A DNA stretch of 64,000 nucleotides, from positions 41,044,001-41,108,000 of the forward strand of contig OX597835.1 of NCBI GenBank assembly GCA_951406725.2, written 5' to 3'. Position numbers and translations under genes: made by a program. The stretch is from Octopus vulgaris (Eukaryota). This document shows positions 36,601 through 50,487 of this stretch, piece after piece. The notes under the pieces are model-generated. The model had not been told where the DNA came from. It was given only the letters and a program-made list of their open reading frames with translations, and did not search any database. The first letter of the stretch is position 1. Each line of letters opens with the position of its first letter.

Positions 36601-36701
36601 GGCTGTGATCGAAACTCCACCAGTAAACATGCTTTGAAACATTATGAAAATTCTCATTCATGTCACTTCATTGTCATTAACACAACATCGTGGACTGCAT
36701 G
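36601..36701 (+). CDS. USP16/45: USP16/45 exon, ZnF-UBP (GCDRNSTSKHALKHYENSHSCHFIVINTTSWTAW)
   Basis: Long pyrimidine tract + CAG, TG|GTAAGT donor (phase 2); GCxRNS..HALKHY motif typical of USP16/45. Confidence 0.95.
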
Positions 36702-37271
36702 GTAAGTTTAAGAGTTACAAACACCATGTTAGGGTATACACATGGCTGGGTGCTTAACTAGTTTGCTTCACCGTCATCATCATCTTCATCATTTCATGAC
36801 CATTCTCCATATTGGCATGGGTTGGACAGTTTGACTGGAACCAATAAGCCATAGTATTGTGCCAGGCTCCAGTGTCAGCTTTGGCATGGTTTCTATGGCT
36901 GGAGGCTCCTCCTAATACCAACAACTTTACAAGGCATGCCGGGGTGCTTTTTAAGTGGCACCAGCACCAGTGAGGTTACCAGGTAACTCACAAGACCTGA
37001 TCACTCAAAAGAGGTGGGTGCGATGTATTGCGGGAGGTGGCTTTGTGCCAGGTGATGAAAGGGACAAGGTGGTAAATCAATAAATAATTGTTTTTTTTTT
37101 TAAATTTTCAAAATGTAAAATAACCGTAAAAACATTTACGGTTCATAATTTTTTTCTTTTTCCATTTTCATACAAAATCTTGGTTGTTTCATTCTTGTTG
37201 CTTAACTTTTTTAAAATTTATACTCTTTTTTTAATTATGATATAATAATTTCAATTCTGCTCTTTTTACAG

Positions 37272-37375
37272 GTGTTACGTATGTGATGATGAAGTACCTG
37301 TTGAAAAAAATAAAAAAATTATGGAGTGTTTAGATTTTCTGAAGAAAGAAGCTGGTATTTCTAATTTAGATTCTG
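37272..37375 (+). CDS. USP16/45: USP16/45 exon, end of ZnF-UBP (CYVCDDEVPVEKNKKIMECLDFLKKEAGISNLDS)
   Basis: ttttacAG acceptor completes TGG; W-C-Y-x-C-D motif; G|GTGAGT donor (phase 1). Confidence 0.95.
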
Positions 37376-38194
37376 GTGAGTTATTATATGGGGTTCATCA
37401 TCATCATCATCATCATCATCGTTTAATGTCCGCTTTCCATACTGGCATCGGTTGGACAGTTTGACTGAGGACTGGCAAGGTAGGAGGCTGCACCAGGCTC
37501 CAGTCTGATCTGGCAAGGTTTCTACAGCTGGATGCCCTTCTTAACACCACCCACTCTGAGAGTGCTTTTTATGTGTCACTGGCACGAGAGCCAGTCAGGT
37601 GGCATTGGCATTGATCACGCTTGTACGGTGCTTTTTTTTAAATAAATACAATATCTGGCAACAACCAGCTAAGATATTGGTAGTTTGTATCTTGTTATCT
37701 GTGACCACTTAAGCTCCTTCTTGGCTCTCCTTATTCACTCCTTCATGACTCTCCTTAGCTTTTCCTCCTGCCTGACTTTATTTGCTCTTCACTCTCAACT
37801 TTACTTAGCCAACTCTCTCGACTCCACTTAAGTTCCCTGCCAACTCAAATTAGCTCTTTCAGTCTTGATTAATAAAACCACAGACACGAGTCAGTCTGTC
37901 CCCCCAATAATAGTCATTTTGGTTTCGATCTATATACACTATTGCTATTTCAGAATGTTTCTCTCTGGTGATGGTCTCTATTAGTTGTCATGGTTGTCAG
38001 ACATTCGAGGCACAAGTCCACCAAGTTTACTAGACGAAGGTGCACATGTAGAAACACAATGGGAATATACATAAAGCCCCAAAATACACACACACTTACT
38101 TGCTCACACTCATACATGTACACATACACTCATACCTCTCCCCCTCCCCTCAAATTCTATTGGTCCTCAGATGCATTTTCTCTCTCTTTTACAG

Positions 38195-38295
38195 TTCAGA
38201 AAGATTCTTCGTTGCAGTCACTCAATGATAGCAAACGGAACAAGACCAAAACAGCTTCAAAGTTAACAAACAGTGCATTGAATGTACGAATCAAG
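38195..38295 (+). CDS. USP16/45: USP16/45 linker exon (VQKDSSLQSLNDSKRNKTKTASKLTNSALNVRIK)
   Basis: ctcttttacAG acceptor, AAG|GTAGAT donor; phase 1 to 0 bridges the flanking exons and supplies the K before the Cys-box G. Confidence 0.85.
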
Positions 38296-41194
38296 GTAGA
38301 TATATGTATATGTAGATCTATTCTTCCTTTTTTTTTTTTCTTTTATTTTGGTTCAGTCATTTGACTGTGGCCATGCTGGAGCACTGCTTTTAGTCGAGCA
38401 AACAAACCCCAGGACTTATTCTTTGTAAGCCCAGTACTTATTCTATCGGCCCCGCTTGCCGAACTGCTAAGTTACGGGGACATAAACACACCAGCATCGG
38501 TTGTCAAGCGATTTTTGGGGGGCGGGGGGGGGGGCAAACAGACACACTTAAAAATACGCACCTGACGGGCTTCTTTCAGTTTCCGTCTACTAAATCCACT
38601 CACAAGGCTTTGGTTGGCCCGAGGCTATAGAAGACACTTGCTCAAGGTGCCACGCAGTGGAACTGAGCCCGAAACTGTGTGGTTGGTAAGTAAGCTACTT
38701 ACCACACAGCCACTCTATTATCAATTTAAGTTTGTTTTTCCATACCTGTGTCGGTTACACCAGCCTTTTGCAGCACATTCATGACATTGAGCATCCTGAG
38801 ATCAATCCTCACAACTTCTTCCCACCCATATCTTCTCCTCCACTTCCACAGACTCCTTTTTAGTTCTCTTATTTGTCATTTCTCGACTCATCTGTTATCT
38901 TTCATCCGTTCACATGTCCCCTACAGTCTTCCCTCAAACACTCTACAGTTGACTGCTTTTCATCATCATCATCATCATTTTATGTCTGTTGTCCATGCTG
39001 GCATGGGTTGGACAGTTTGACCAGGGCTGGCAAGCTGCCCCAGACCCCAGTCTGATTTGGCATGGTTTCTACAGCTGGATGCTCTTCCTAACGCCAACCA
39101 CTTTCCAGAGTATGGTTGGGTGCTCTTACATGACACTGCATGGACACTCTTATGTGGCACTGCACAGACACTTTTATGTGACACTGTGGGGCTCCTTTAT
39201 ATGGCACTGCATGGGTGCTTTTACGTGATGCCATGCAGGTGTTTTTACGTGGCACCACCACAAGTGCTTAACACTACCAGCAGGAATGGTCTGAATGTCA
39301 TTTAACATTCATTTTCCCTGCTGGCATTGGTTGGACAGTTTGACAAGATCTGGTGAGCCGCAGGGCTGTGTCAAGCTACAGTGTCAGGTTTGGTATGGCA
39401 TTCCACAGCAGAATGCCCTTACAGGTGCCAACGCTCTACAGTGCATACTGGTTGCTTTTTTTCATGCCACTGGTATCAGTAAAGTCACCAAGCAAGTTGC
39501 AAGACACAAAAAGAAAAGGAAAAAGGAAAAGTCTTCTTGACTAAATGAGGCAGAGTAGTATTTGAGACGGTGGAGTGCAGTGGTTTTGTCCCAGGTTTCA
39601 AGAGACCAAAGTATGGTAGAGGGACAGGCGCCTTGCTATAGAGGAGATGCATGGCTACCCTGCATTTTGTAAGGGTAGGTAGGAGCTGCTGGAAAGGAGA
39701 TAGAAAGAAGATATTTTTACCTCCAGCTCACTTGTTCACCATCTTTCATCTCCATACATCCAACAAAGCATGCTATTTCTATCCCAGTCTTCACAAACCC
39801 TCCACTTTCAATGCCGAAGTTTCTCCCCTCCATCAGGCAACATTGCACTTTGTACACAAGCATCATACAGTCTGCTGTTACAGGAGAAAGCCCTTCGTTG
39901 TTAACACTGAATTTTTCCATCCTATTTTAACTATGGCTTCTATGCTTTCAGACTCACCACCTTCTACGGTTGGTTAGGTCACCTAAATTACAGAAGCCAT
40001 CATCTATTTCTAGGCATTTCAAATAATTCCTCCTTACTACACCTACTCATCTACACACAAAGTATTTCTCTTTCAACTTGCCTGTATTTCCACCTCATCT
40101 CTTATATACCTTACGAACCACATGGTTCCAGGTTCAATCCCACTGCGTGGCACCTTGGGAAAGTGTCTTCTACTATAGCCTCGGGCCGACCAAAGCCCTG
40201 TGAGTGGATTTGGTAGATGGAAACTGAAAAAAGCCCGTCGTATATATGTATATATATATATATATGTGTGTGTTTATGTGTTGTACCCCCCGTAACTTAG
40301 CGGTACGGCAAAAGAAACCGATAGAATATGTACTAGTCTTACAAAGAATAAGTCCTGGAGCCGATTTCCTCGACTAAAGGCGGTGCTCCAGCATGGCCGC
40401 ACTCAAATGACTGAAACAAGTAAATGAGTATACCTATAGTTTATTAGGGGTACATCTACAGTATAGAATTCCACTCCTTCCCCACATTATTGAGCACTGT
40501 CATTCCCACTGGGCAGGAGAGAGTCCTGTCTACTTCCTTGTTAACTGATCTTTGCTAGGTTTACTCTATGGCATCTTCATTTTTGACCCTGCTTCCAGAA
40601 TTTCTTCTCTTAATCATCATCATCATCATCATTTAACATCCACTTTCCATGCTAGCATGGGTTGGACGATTTGACTTAAGGTCTGGTGAACCAGACTCCA
40701 ATCTGATCTGGCAGAGTTTCTACAGTGGGATGCCCTTCCTAATGCCAACCACTCCAAGAGTGTAGTGGGTGGTTTTACGTGCCACCGGCACGAGGGCCAG
40801 TTTGGTGGTACTGGCAACGGCCACGCCCAAATGGTGCTTTTTACGTGCCACCTGCACAGGAGCCAATCCAGCGGCACTGGCGACGCCCTTGCTCGAATGT
40901 TTCACGTGCCACCAGCACAAGTGCTAGTAAGGCGACGCAGTAACAATCACACTCGAATGGTGCGTTTAACGTGACATCGTCATGGAGGCCAGCTTGTTGC
41001 TCTGGCAACGATCTCACTTGTATGGTACTCTTAGCGCTCCACTGGCAACGGATGCCAGTCACCGAGTTTGATTTCGACTTTGATTTCACTTGCCTCAACT
41101 GGTCTTCGCAAGCACAGTTTAGTGTCCAATGAAGAAAAGGCACACACAAGTGGACTGGTTAAACCTCTTCAACAAATTCAGCTATGAGAATATA

Positions 41195-41248
<54 letters not shown>

Positions 41249-41724
41249 GATATATATATTTATAAATATATATATATAGATATATATATATATATTTATA
41301 TATAAATGCATATTCACATGAATATGGAGATGCAAATGTGGGATATGAAACATGTAATTATGAAACCTGAAAAATGGTTCATTAATAGAACATATAATGA
41401 CAATGATGCAATACTTGGGTGACCACAATTTAATATATATTACATTTACAAGACTGATGTCTTGGTACAGGATATAATTATTAAACAATGCAGAATACTT
41501 GAGAAATATCAATGACAATGAAAGAAGTTATCATACTGGTGATAACCTGTTCTCACAGGCAACCAGTTATAGCATGGAGAAATAAACAAAACAAAACAAG
41601 AAGAGTTTGAGAACCCAGCCCACCTCCTTTTTCTACTAATTTAGTGTTGTTTTTTAAAGTTGTTGTCTATTATTGTTGAAATCTTTTCTTTCCTCTCATA
41701 TTTTTCTGTTTGTTTTTTTTTTAG

Positions 41725-41772
41725 GGTATCAGTAACCTGGGCAACACATGTTTTTTAAATGCTGTGCTTCAG
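41725..41772 (+). CDS. USP16/45: USP16/45 exon, catalytic Cys box (GISNLGNTCFLNAVLQ)
   Basis: poly-T + TAG acceptor, CAG|GTAAGA donor, 48 nt; canonical peptidase C19 G-x-x-N-L-G-N-T-C-F motif. Confidence 0.97.
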
Positions 41773-42233
41773 GTAAGAATTTTTTTTTCAGGTGTAGCAA
41801 ATTTTGCTGCATTTGCTGTAACTAGGCAGTAAGGTGGATAATAAGCACGAGACACACACAGACAATGATGGGGGATGAGGAACGTAGAGAGTCATCATCA
41901 TCATCATCGTTTAACGTCCGTTTTCCAGGCTAGCATGGGTTGGACGGTTTGACTGGGGTCTGTGAAGCCAGAAGGCTGCGCCAGGCTCCAGTCTGATCTG
42001 GCAGTGTTTCTACAGCTGGATGCCCTTCCTAACGCCAACCACTCCGTGAGTGTAGTGGGTGCTTTTTATGTGCCACCGGCACAGGTGCCAGACAAGGCTG
42101 GCAAACGGCCACGATCGGATGGTGCTTTTTACGTGCCACCAGCACAGGTGCCAGATGAGGCTGGCAAATGGCCATGATTGGATGGTGCTTTTTACGTGCC
42201 ACCAGCACGGGAGAAATGGACAGAGGGGAAAAT

Positions 42234-42265
<32 letters not shown>

Positions 42266-43700
42266 GTGGGGATCAGGTTGAGATGGAAGAGAAAACAAAT
42301 CTTGTGGTTTGGATGGATAGAACTCATTGGGTCGGGAAGGCAATCCATCTTAGAGAAAGAAAACTAACCTGAAGCTTCTACTGCCTCGTAGCTCTTCCCA
42401 ATCATAGGAAAGATTTTAGGAATAAACTCTGAGGAGAAATCCAAAGCCAGAGTCCTTCTGGTAGCTTGATGTTATCTTCAACTTAGTTCTGGCAATTTCT
42501 ATAATGAAATTGGTGCCAAGTTGTATCAATCTTAGTCTTGATAGCACTCCCCGTTCTATACCAGTGGCCAAGTGGTTAGGGTGTTGCATTCATGATCACA
42601 AAATTGTGGTTTCGATTCCCAGACCAGGTGATGCATTGTGTTCTTGGGCAAAACACTGTAAATGAGTTACCTTGTGATGGACTGGGGCCCTGTTCAGTGG
42701 GGGTGTGACCCCAGTCACATATATGCCACGAAGAAGAGTAACCAACCCTATGAGTCGTAGGACTGGAGACAGTAAAGTGCAGGAGTTCATTATTATGATG
42801 ATGATGATGTATGGAAAGGGGAGTTTTGTTAGATGGGTAACTACTGGTCTTTCATTTAGTCTGGCACAGGCCTATATCACGTATGTATCACACAATGTAT
42901 ATACACAGTTGATAGGCCAGTTACTGTAGTATTTGTCCTGAGATGGCATCTCTCAAGGGTTCACTGTGTTCAAAACAATAAGTATCAAAGTGAGATGAAA
43001 ATTTCTCCCAGCAGCAACCAGTGAGAGTAAGTCCATGAGAGATGTTATCTCAGGATAAATACAACAGTAACTGGGCCTTTGACTGTGTATATACATTATG
43101 TATGATACATAGATCATTGTTTTAATTAAATGCTGTCTCAGTTGCATATTCCTAATTATAAATTGCCTTGTCAGTATGGAAAGGTAATGGTTAGTATAAC
43201 TGATTTTGTTGTCATCATCATCGTTTAGCGTCCGCTTTCCATGCTAGCATGAGTTGGACGGTTCAACTGGGGTCTGGGAAGCCAGAAGGCTGCACCAGGC
43301 TCCAGTCTGATCTGGCAATGTTTCTATGACTGGATGCCCTTCCTAACGCCAACCACCCCGTGAGTGTAGTGGGTGCTTTTTATGTGCCAGACGGGGCTGG
43401 CAAACGACCACGGTCAGATGGTGCTTTTTACGTGCCACCAGCACAGAGGCCAGGTGAGGCTGGCAATGGCCACGATCGGATGGTGCTTTTTACGTGCCAC
43501 CGGCACGGAGGCACGTCGGGGTGGCACTGGCAACGGCCATGTTCGGATGGTTCGCTTACGTGCCACCGGCACTGATATCACAGCTACAATTTCCAGTTTT
43601 TATTATTTATTTTGTGTGTAACTTCAAGAAAGGATTCAACTTTCCGTTTCCCTGTCTCTTCTGCTTGCTTCTAATTTCTTCTACTTTCTTCTAATTTCAG

Positions 43701-43862
43701 AACTTGAGTCAAACCCATGGTCTGGAAACCATTTTAAAAGATGTCAACAAGAAAAGTGCTTTGAGACTTCCTGGTTGCCAACCTATAGAAACAGATAGTT
43801 GCTCGGATATTTCAGACGACAATTCCGATGAGGAAAATTCCAAAGATAACACACAGCGAATA
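43701..43862 (+). CDS. USP16/45: USP16/45 exon (NLSQTHGLETILKDVNKKSALRLPG...DEENSKDNTQRI)
   Basis: ctaatttcAG acceptor; NLSQT follows the Cys box as in USP16; ATA|GTATGT donor, 162 nt, phase 0-0. Confidence 0.9.
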
Positions 43863-44707
43863 GTATGTAATTTTTCTATTGTTATTTGGACATGAACAGT
43901 GTTTTTTTTTAACACTGAAACAAAAAAGCAAAATGTTTTTGAAGATTTCCTTACAGCCAACCGTTGCCTCTGTTTTGTCTGGCAGTTAAATTACTTCCCT
44001 GACAAATCAGCGATCCATTTTAACGATGTTGCAGTTGATTAGCCACTTTCTAATTAAAACAAAGTTTCTAAGTATGATACCTGCTAATTGTTGTTTTTGT
44101 TTAGTGTCTGGTCAGCCTAGCAGACCAATTATCAAAGCATTCCAACCATGACCATTCCCTTTTATTTTTCAGACTGTCTATATATTTATGACTACATATT
44201 ACGTAGTGAGTCTTTCCTGCTTAACTTTTTTTAAGACAGTAAGATGTGCTATGAAGGGAGATTTGGCTGCTATTTTTAGCAGGTCATTGGCTTGACATCT
44301 GCTAATTGCTATATTCTGTTAAAATCTACTGTTTGTTTGATCTATTATTATTAATATTTAATATTATATTCTTAACATTTCAGTTTTTTTTTTTTGGTGG
44401 ATTTTTTTTTCTCAACACCAGTTTTTATCAGAGCCGAAGAAAATTTTTTCAATAAGAACCAACTTAGAACTGTTTCAGAAATGCTCCAATCATTCCTAAA
44501 ATGCATAATTTTTCTTCTTCAAACAGTCAACCATCAGGAGCTAAATTCCTGGTGAGCTGCATCCAAGACTGTCTACTAACAACTCCTGGTTGTAGCTATT
44601 TCACTTCACTTGCATAGTTTAGAGCCTTTAAGGCTTGTTTGTCATGCTTTCTCATTCCATGTTCTTCCCTTAAGGATCTTTGTGTGTTTATAATAATTTG
44701 GTATCAT

Positions 44708-44935
44708 TTAACCCTTTAGTGTTCAAACTGGCCATTTCCGGCCCAAATAATCTACCTGTTTTCTGTTAAAACTGCCCCAGATTTGGTATCTCACACCAAC
44801 CTATAATGTCAATCTAAAAACAGGTGATAACATCATCGAAATCTTAAAGCTACGAAATAGTGCATGATTAGCTCAAAACAATATGGATGAATAAATATTA
44901 TATTTGACAGAATAATCTGAATGCTACTGGGTTAA
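44708..44935. mobile_element. piggyBac-type MITE family 2 (older)
   Basis: TTAACCCTTTAG...TGCTACTGGGTTAA; related copies at ~4998-5583, 12157-12877, 14340-14472, 22985-23590, 30560-30883 and 63434-63664. Confidence 0.8.
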
Positions 44936-45720
44936 TCTTATTCCAAGGTGGTCAGTGGCAGAATCATTAGCTCGTTGGATAAAATGCTTAGCAGTATTTC
45001 TTCCGGCTGTTTATGTTCTGAGTTCACATCCCACCGAGGTCAGACTGTGCCCTTCATCCTTTCGGGGTTGATAAAATAAAGTACCAGTCAAGTACTGGGG
45101 TCGATGTAATTGACTTGTCCCCCTACTCTCAAATTTGCTGACCTTTAACCCTGCAACAGACTAATGTCCCATTCAGAGGGAATGTTGTGATCTTGGTCAG
45201 TTATTCATCATGGAAACCAAGTAACCAACTTATGAATGATCAATACGAAAATCTTACTCCACCCCAACTCCTATAAACCTACCTTTTTTTCTCTGTATCT
45301 AATGCAAGAAATTAATACTTTTCCCCACTGAACCTTCAGTTTGCAAGATATCAGTACATAGAGCCATTGTGTGGACACTGATACACCTAAAGATGTTTTA
45401 TTAACATTTGAGAAACTTTGTTACCTTGTTTATTATCTCGTAGTCATTGTCAAAGTTTCATCATTCATGTGCAAATGTTAGCATTTGTTAAATAATCTCT
45501 CCATATGCTATTCTTGAAAATAAATCAAAAGTAGATTTTTACATGGCTGTGTGGTAAGAAGTTGGCTTCCCAACCCTATGGTTTCAGGTTCAGTCCCACT
45601 GTGTGGCTCCTTGGTCAAGTTTCTTCTATTGCCCCAGGCCAACGAAAGCCTGGTTGGCCTGGGGCAATAGAGGGAAACTGAAAGAAGCCCATCATGTGCT
45701 TGTGTGTATATATATATATA

Positions 45721-45929
45721 TCTGTAAATATAATATGTGACAATTATTCAATAGCCAAGATAGAACTCTGAGTTTCGGATGCCGAGGTGGAAATCCACAA
45801 CACCATCTCTTCAGTTATCTGGCCATCTTGGCTACTGAATAATTGTCACATATTACATTTACAGATAAATTTCCTCTATTTACATAATATTGAGGTCTCT
45901 TTCTTTCTTTTGTTATCTTACCGTCTTTA

Positions 45930-45930
<1 letters not shown>
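45721..45930 (-). mobile_element. Penelope-like terminal fragment: 41-bp inverted repeat enclosing a hammerhead-like core
   Basis: Arms 45721-45761 and 45825-45865 (2 mismatches); the loop reads CTGAAGA-GATG..CATC-C-GAAA on the minus strand; flanked by (TA)n. Confidence 0.55.
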
Positions 45931-45982
<52 letters not shown>

Positions 45983-46193
45983 GAGGTGCATGGCTTATTG
46001 GTTAGGGTATTGTACTCGTAATCATAAAATTGGGGTTTTGATTCCTGGACCAAGCGATGCATTCTGTTCTTGAGCAAAACACTTTATTTCACATTGCTCC
46101 AGTCCACTCAATTGGCAAAAATGAGTGTTCCATCCAGGTGGGGAATATATATGCCAGGAAACCAGGAAACCAGCTCTTATGAGTCAGTATGAC

Positions 46194-46227
<34 letters not shown>

Positions 46228-46725
46228 GTTTCTTTGTCTTGACATTGCACGGTGGTTGTAAATGAGTGTCACTGTCATACAAGCAGTGTCCTTCATTTCC
46301 AGTCTTCCATGGAAACACCTGGTTATGGGGAACCTTGCTGAGAAACAGGTGTGGGTTGGTGACAGGAAGAGTATCCAGCTATAGAAAATTCCACCTCAGC
46401 AAAATTCCACCTGACCTATGCTTGCATGGAAAAGTGGACATTAACTGATGATGATGATGATGATTTTAAATGTGGTCTTGTGGATAAAGACATACAGACA
46501 ACTGCATTGAACATCCTGAACAGGGTTCAATTCTGCCCCAGGTCTGCATTAAGAGATCCTCTTGAAATTTTTCACTTTTTGTTTTAGGTACCTGTGGTTA
46601 TAAAGTACGCTTTGCAACCTTGTGACTTTGGGTTCAATCTCATTGTGCAGCACCTTACTATAGCCACGGGCCAACCTATGTCTTGTGAATGAATTCAGTA
46701 GGAGACTGTGTAGAGGCCCAATGTA

Positions 46726-46756
<31 letters not shown>

Positions 46757-48953
46757 GTATATATATAATACAAATAAGAAAATGGAGAAACAAATCTAGT
46801 TTGTTCATCAACTTTTGGATATTATAATGTTGGATTATTTATTCATTTAACAAAATGAGAACCTCAACAGCATACAAATATATCTTATAATTCAATACAT
46901 ATAAGATAAGAATACAAATTATAAAAGTCAGCACGTAAAAAGCACCCACTACACTCACGAGTGGTTGGCGTTAGGAAGGGCATCCAGCTGTAAAAACACT
47001 GCCAGATCAGACTGGAGCCTGGTGCAGCCTCCTGGCTTCCCAGACCCCAGTCAAACCATCCAACCCATGCTAGCACAGAAAACGGACGTTAAATTATAAA
47101 AATCATAAAATAAATTATTGAAATCATTAAAATCACTTCTTACAGCTGTTTCAGCCTATGGCTAAAAGTAGTTAATTTTATTTTTATTGCCTATAGGTTA
47201 AATAAATGAGTTAATTGCATTGCAATTAAAAACATTTATGTATTAAGAATCTGGGTACTTTACCAACAGTATATTGGATAAGTGCTATCCCTTAGTGGGT
47301 TACATCCATAACCCCTATCTTACTTTGTACTATATATATGTGTGTGTGTGTGTGTATGTACTTTTGTGTTTGTATTTGTACCCCTGCCTCTTAGTAACCG
47401 GTGTTGGTTTGTTTATGTTACTGTATCTTAACGGTTCAGCAATAGAACCGTTAAGCAATAGAAACTGGTAGAATAAGTACCAGAGTTGATTTATACAGAT
47501 AAAGCGCTCAAAGCAATGCTCCTGCATGGCCATGATCTAATGACTGAAGCAAGTATAAGATAAAATACGTTTAAACTAAATGCTTATAGATATATGTCTA
47601 TATATAGATACACCTGGGTCATTAAAAACTTTGCTTTACAGTGACGTTGCCAGGCTTGGTCCCACCGTATAATATGTTGGGCAAGGGTCTTCTACTGTAG
47701 TGGAGGTCTAACCAATACCTTGTGAATGTAAATCATCATCATTGTCATCGTTTAACATCCGCTTTCCATGCTAGCATGGGTTGGACGGTTCAGCTGGGGT
47801 CTGGGAAGCCAGAAGGCTGCACCAGGCTCCAGTCTGATCTGGCAATGTTTCTATGGCTGGATGCCCTTCCTAACGCCAACCACTCCGTGAGTGTAGTGGG
47901 TGCTTTTTATGTGCCAGATGAGGCTGGCAAACGGCCATGATCGGATGGTGCTTTTTATGCGCCACCGGCACGTAAAAATGGATGATGGAAACTGTATGGA
48001 AGCCCATTGTATATGTGTGTTCATATCCTGTTGGTGAAATTGTTGCCCCTTTCTGTCCCCAGTTGTTTATAATGTCTAATGTGTTTATGTCATATATTTA
48101 TGATGTCATTTATGATATCTTATATGCTTATGATTTCTTATATGTTTATGACGTCATGAATTTATGATGTCATAAATTTATGATGTCATAGATTTATGAT
48201 GTTATAAATTTGTGATGTTAGAAATAATTCATCCACATTACTTTGCTTTATAGAAATACAATGTCTGTTGTTGTTTTAGCCCCAGGTCAGTGCTGATGGA
48301 ACAGGCTTTTGATCAAAGGAATTCTTATCATCACCACCTTGCTCTTTTCTTGTGTATTGTGTCTTGGAATACATTATTTAGTGTGTCCTTCCACTTTTCA
48401 AGATGTTTAGGTGCAGTTATCTGCATCTGGTTTGGTTGCTATTTCTAACAGATTGTGTAACCTCATAGAGGCCTCTTCATTACCTCATGGTGTTTGATGT
48501 AATGTAGAGAGAAGTAATGAGCAATTAACCTGTAAATCTCACACCCTGCATAATTACTTTTATATAAACCTGACAGATTACAGGGATCAAAGTAGCTCTC
48601 ATCTGGATTATCTCTTTATTGGATTATCAATCACCTCTTTCACTGCTCTAATTAACATGTTGGTGAGAACTGAACTGTACTGTAAACATATGTTGCTGGA
48701 CCTGCTAGAAACAGCAACTAAATCTTCCTAAGTTACACCATACTACCTTGAAAAAAGAAGGATTGTGGTGGGGGAAAGATGATACAAAAACTGAACTGTT
48801 ATGAATGGAATGACTTTGATCAAGGATGTGCTCAATCAGGTCCGACCTAGGGCTAAACAGCATCATAGTTTAAGAACAATCCATATTAAGATCGTGTACT
48901 TTAGATTTTTATTTGTGATTTTTTTTCTTAGCTTTAAGAAGATATTTTTTCTC

Positions 48954-49140
48954 CTCATCATCATCATCATCATCTCACTACCATCATCACCACCACCACC
49001 ACCACCATCATCATCATGATCACTACCACCATCGTGATCACCACCGCTATCATCACCACCATCTCACCACCACCACTGCCATCGTCATTATCACCATCAT
49101 CATCATCATCGTCACTGCCACCATCACTATCATTATCATT
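48954..49140. repeat. (CAT)n/(CAC)n mixed trinucleotide repeat
   Basis: Directly visible; precedes an old SINE C tail. Confidence 0.9.
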
Positions 49141-49834
49141 TATTTAATGCCCATTTTCCATATTGGCATGGGTTGGATGGTTTGACAGGATTTAGTGAGC
49201 TGCAGGACCTGCATTGAGCTCTAACTGTCTGTTTTCGCATGGTTTCTACAGCTGGATGCCCTTTCTGACCTTAACATTACAGTGTGTATTGACTGCCTCT
49301 TTTCATGTCCCCAGCACCAGTGCAGTTGTCAAGTAACTTGCAAGACAGAATAAGAGCAGGAAAAAGGGTAAAAGCCCCTCACAGCTGAGCAGTGGGAAGT
49401 AATTTAGAGGAGGAGGTGGCTTTATGCCCATTGTTGAAAGGCTTATATTCTGATAGAGGGACAAGCACATGTGTCTTGATATAGAAGGGATACTTGGCTG
49501 CCCCACATTATATAAAGTTGGGTGGGAGTAACTTGGAAAATTATTTTATCGGGCTCGGCTACTTCTTAACCTTTAACTTTTTGTCTCAGATTATTTAATT
49601 AATATTTTCAAAATAAATACCAGTTGACTACTGGGGTTGATTTAATTCACTGATGTTTCTTGTCCCTGTGAATAAGGGATTGGGCAGAGTCATAACTTTG
49701 ACCCTTGTACATATGAAATCATTGTGATTATTTTCATTGTTAGTGTAATGGATTGGCAGAATTGTCAGAGCATTAATTAACCAACAGAATCCTCAGAGCA
49801 TTAATTAACCAACAGAATTATTAGAACGTTTATA

Positions 49835-50067
49835 AGGCGGCGAGCTGGCAGAATTGTTAGCACGCCGGGCGAAATGCTTAGCAGTATTTCGTCTGCCGTT
49901 ATGTTCTGAGTTCAAATTCCGCTGAGGTCGACTTTGCCTTTCATCATTTCGGGGTCGATAAATTAAGTACAAGTTACGCGCTGGGGTCGATGTAATCGAC
50001 TTAATCCGTTTGTCTGTCCTTGTTTGTCCTCTCTGTGTTTAGCCCCTTGTGGGTAATAAAGAAATAA
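49835..50067 (+). mobile_element. SINE family B: long tRNA-like head + Meta-like domain + Tx1-like tail
   Basis: GGCGGCGAGCTGGCAGAA..GAGTTCAAATTC; GTCGACTTTGCCTTTCATC..GGGGTCGATAAA; tail AGCCCCTTGTGGGTAATAAAGAAATA. Other copies at ~14855-15262(-), 17653-17878(+), 18498-18729(-) and 55248-55528(+). Confidence 0.8.
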
Positions 50068-50119
50068 GAATTATTAGAGCATTAATTGACCAACAGAATT
50101 GTTTGAACATTAAAGGGTA

Positions 50120-50450
50120 AAAGGTAAAGACCCTATTTGGCTATAAATGACCATGGGTTTGGAAATTACCTATTTGGGCAAGGTTGTTTTTTTATGGAAG
50201 ACCAGTAATCGCCCATGCATACCAGCCTCCTCTCTCCACGCCACTGATATTTATCCAAGGGCAAAGGCAAAAGAGCCGATACAACTTGGCACCAGTGACA
50301 TAACAACTCATTTCTACAGCTGAGGGAACTGGAGCAACGTGAAATAGAGTGTCTTGCCCATGAACACAACACAGCATGACCTGGGACATTGAACTCACAA
50401 TCTCACAACTGTAAGCTCAATGCTCTAACCACTGAGCCATGCACCTCCAC
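50120..50450 (-). mobile_element. tRNA-derived SINE (older family E)
   Basis: Minus-strand head GGAGGTGCATGGCTCAGTGGTTAGAGC..GAGTTCAATG; body shared with ~8165-8325 (-) and ~34897-35100 (+). Confidence 0.75.
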
Positions 50451-50487
50451 TGTTTGAGCATCAAATGCAACAGGATCAGTAGAGTGA

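Noticed and set aside
44527-44551. 25-nt AG..GTGAGC mini-exon
   Set aside because: It has an in-frame TAA and breaks phase. It could be a poison exon, but there is no support beyond the splice motifs.
47138-47168. Minus-strand AGCC..GGCT-GAAACAGCTGTAAG hammerhead half (similar halves at ~13491-13535, ~1345-1385 and ~2573-2600)
   Set aside because: The CTGANGA box or stem II is missing or damaged. These may be PLE relics, but they cannot be called as ribozymes.
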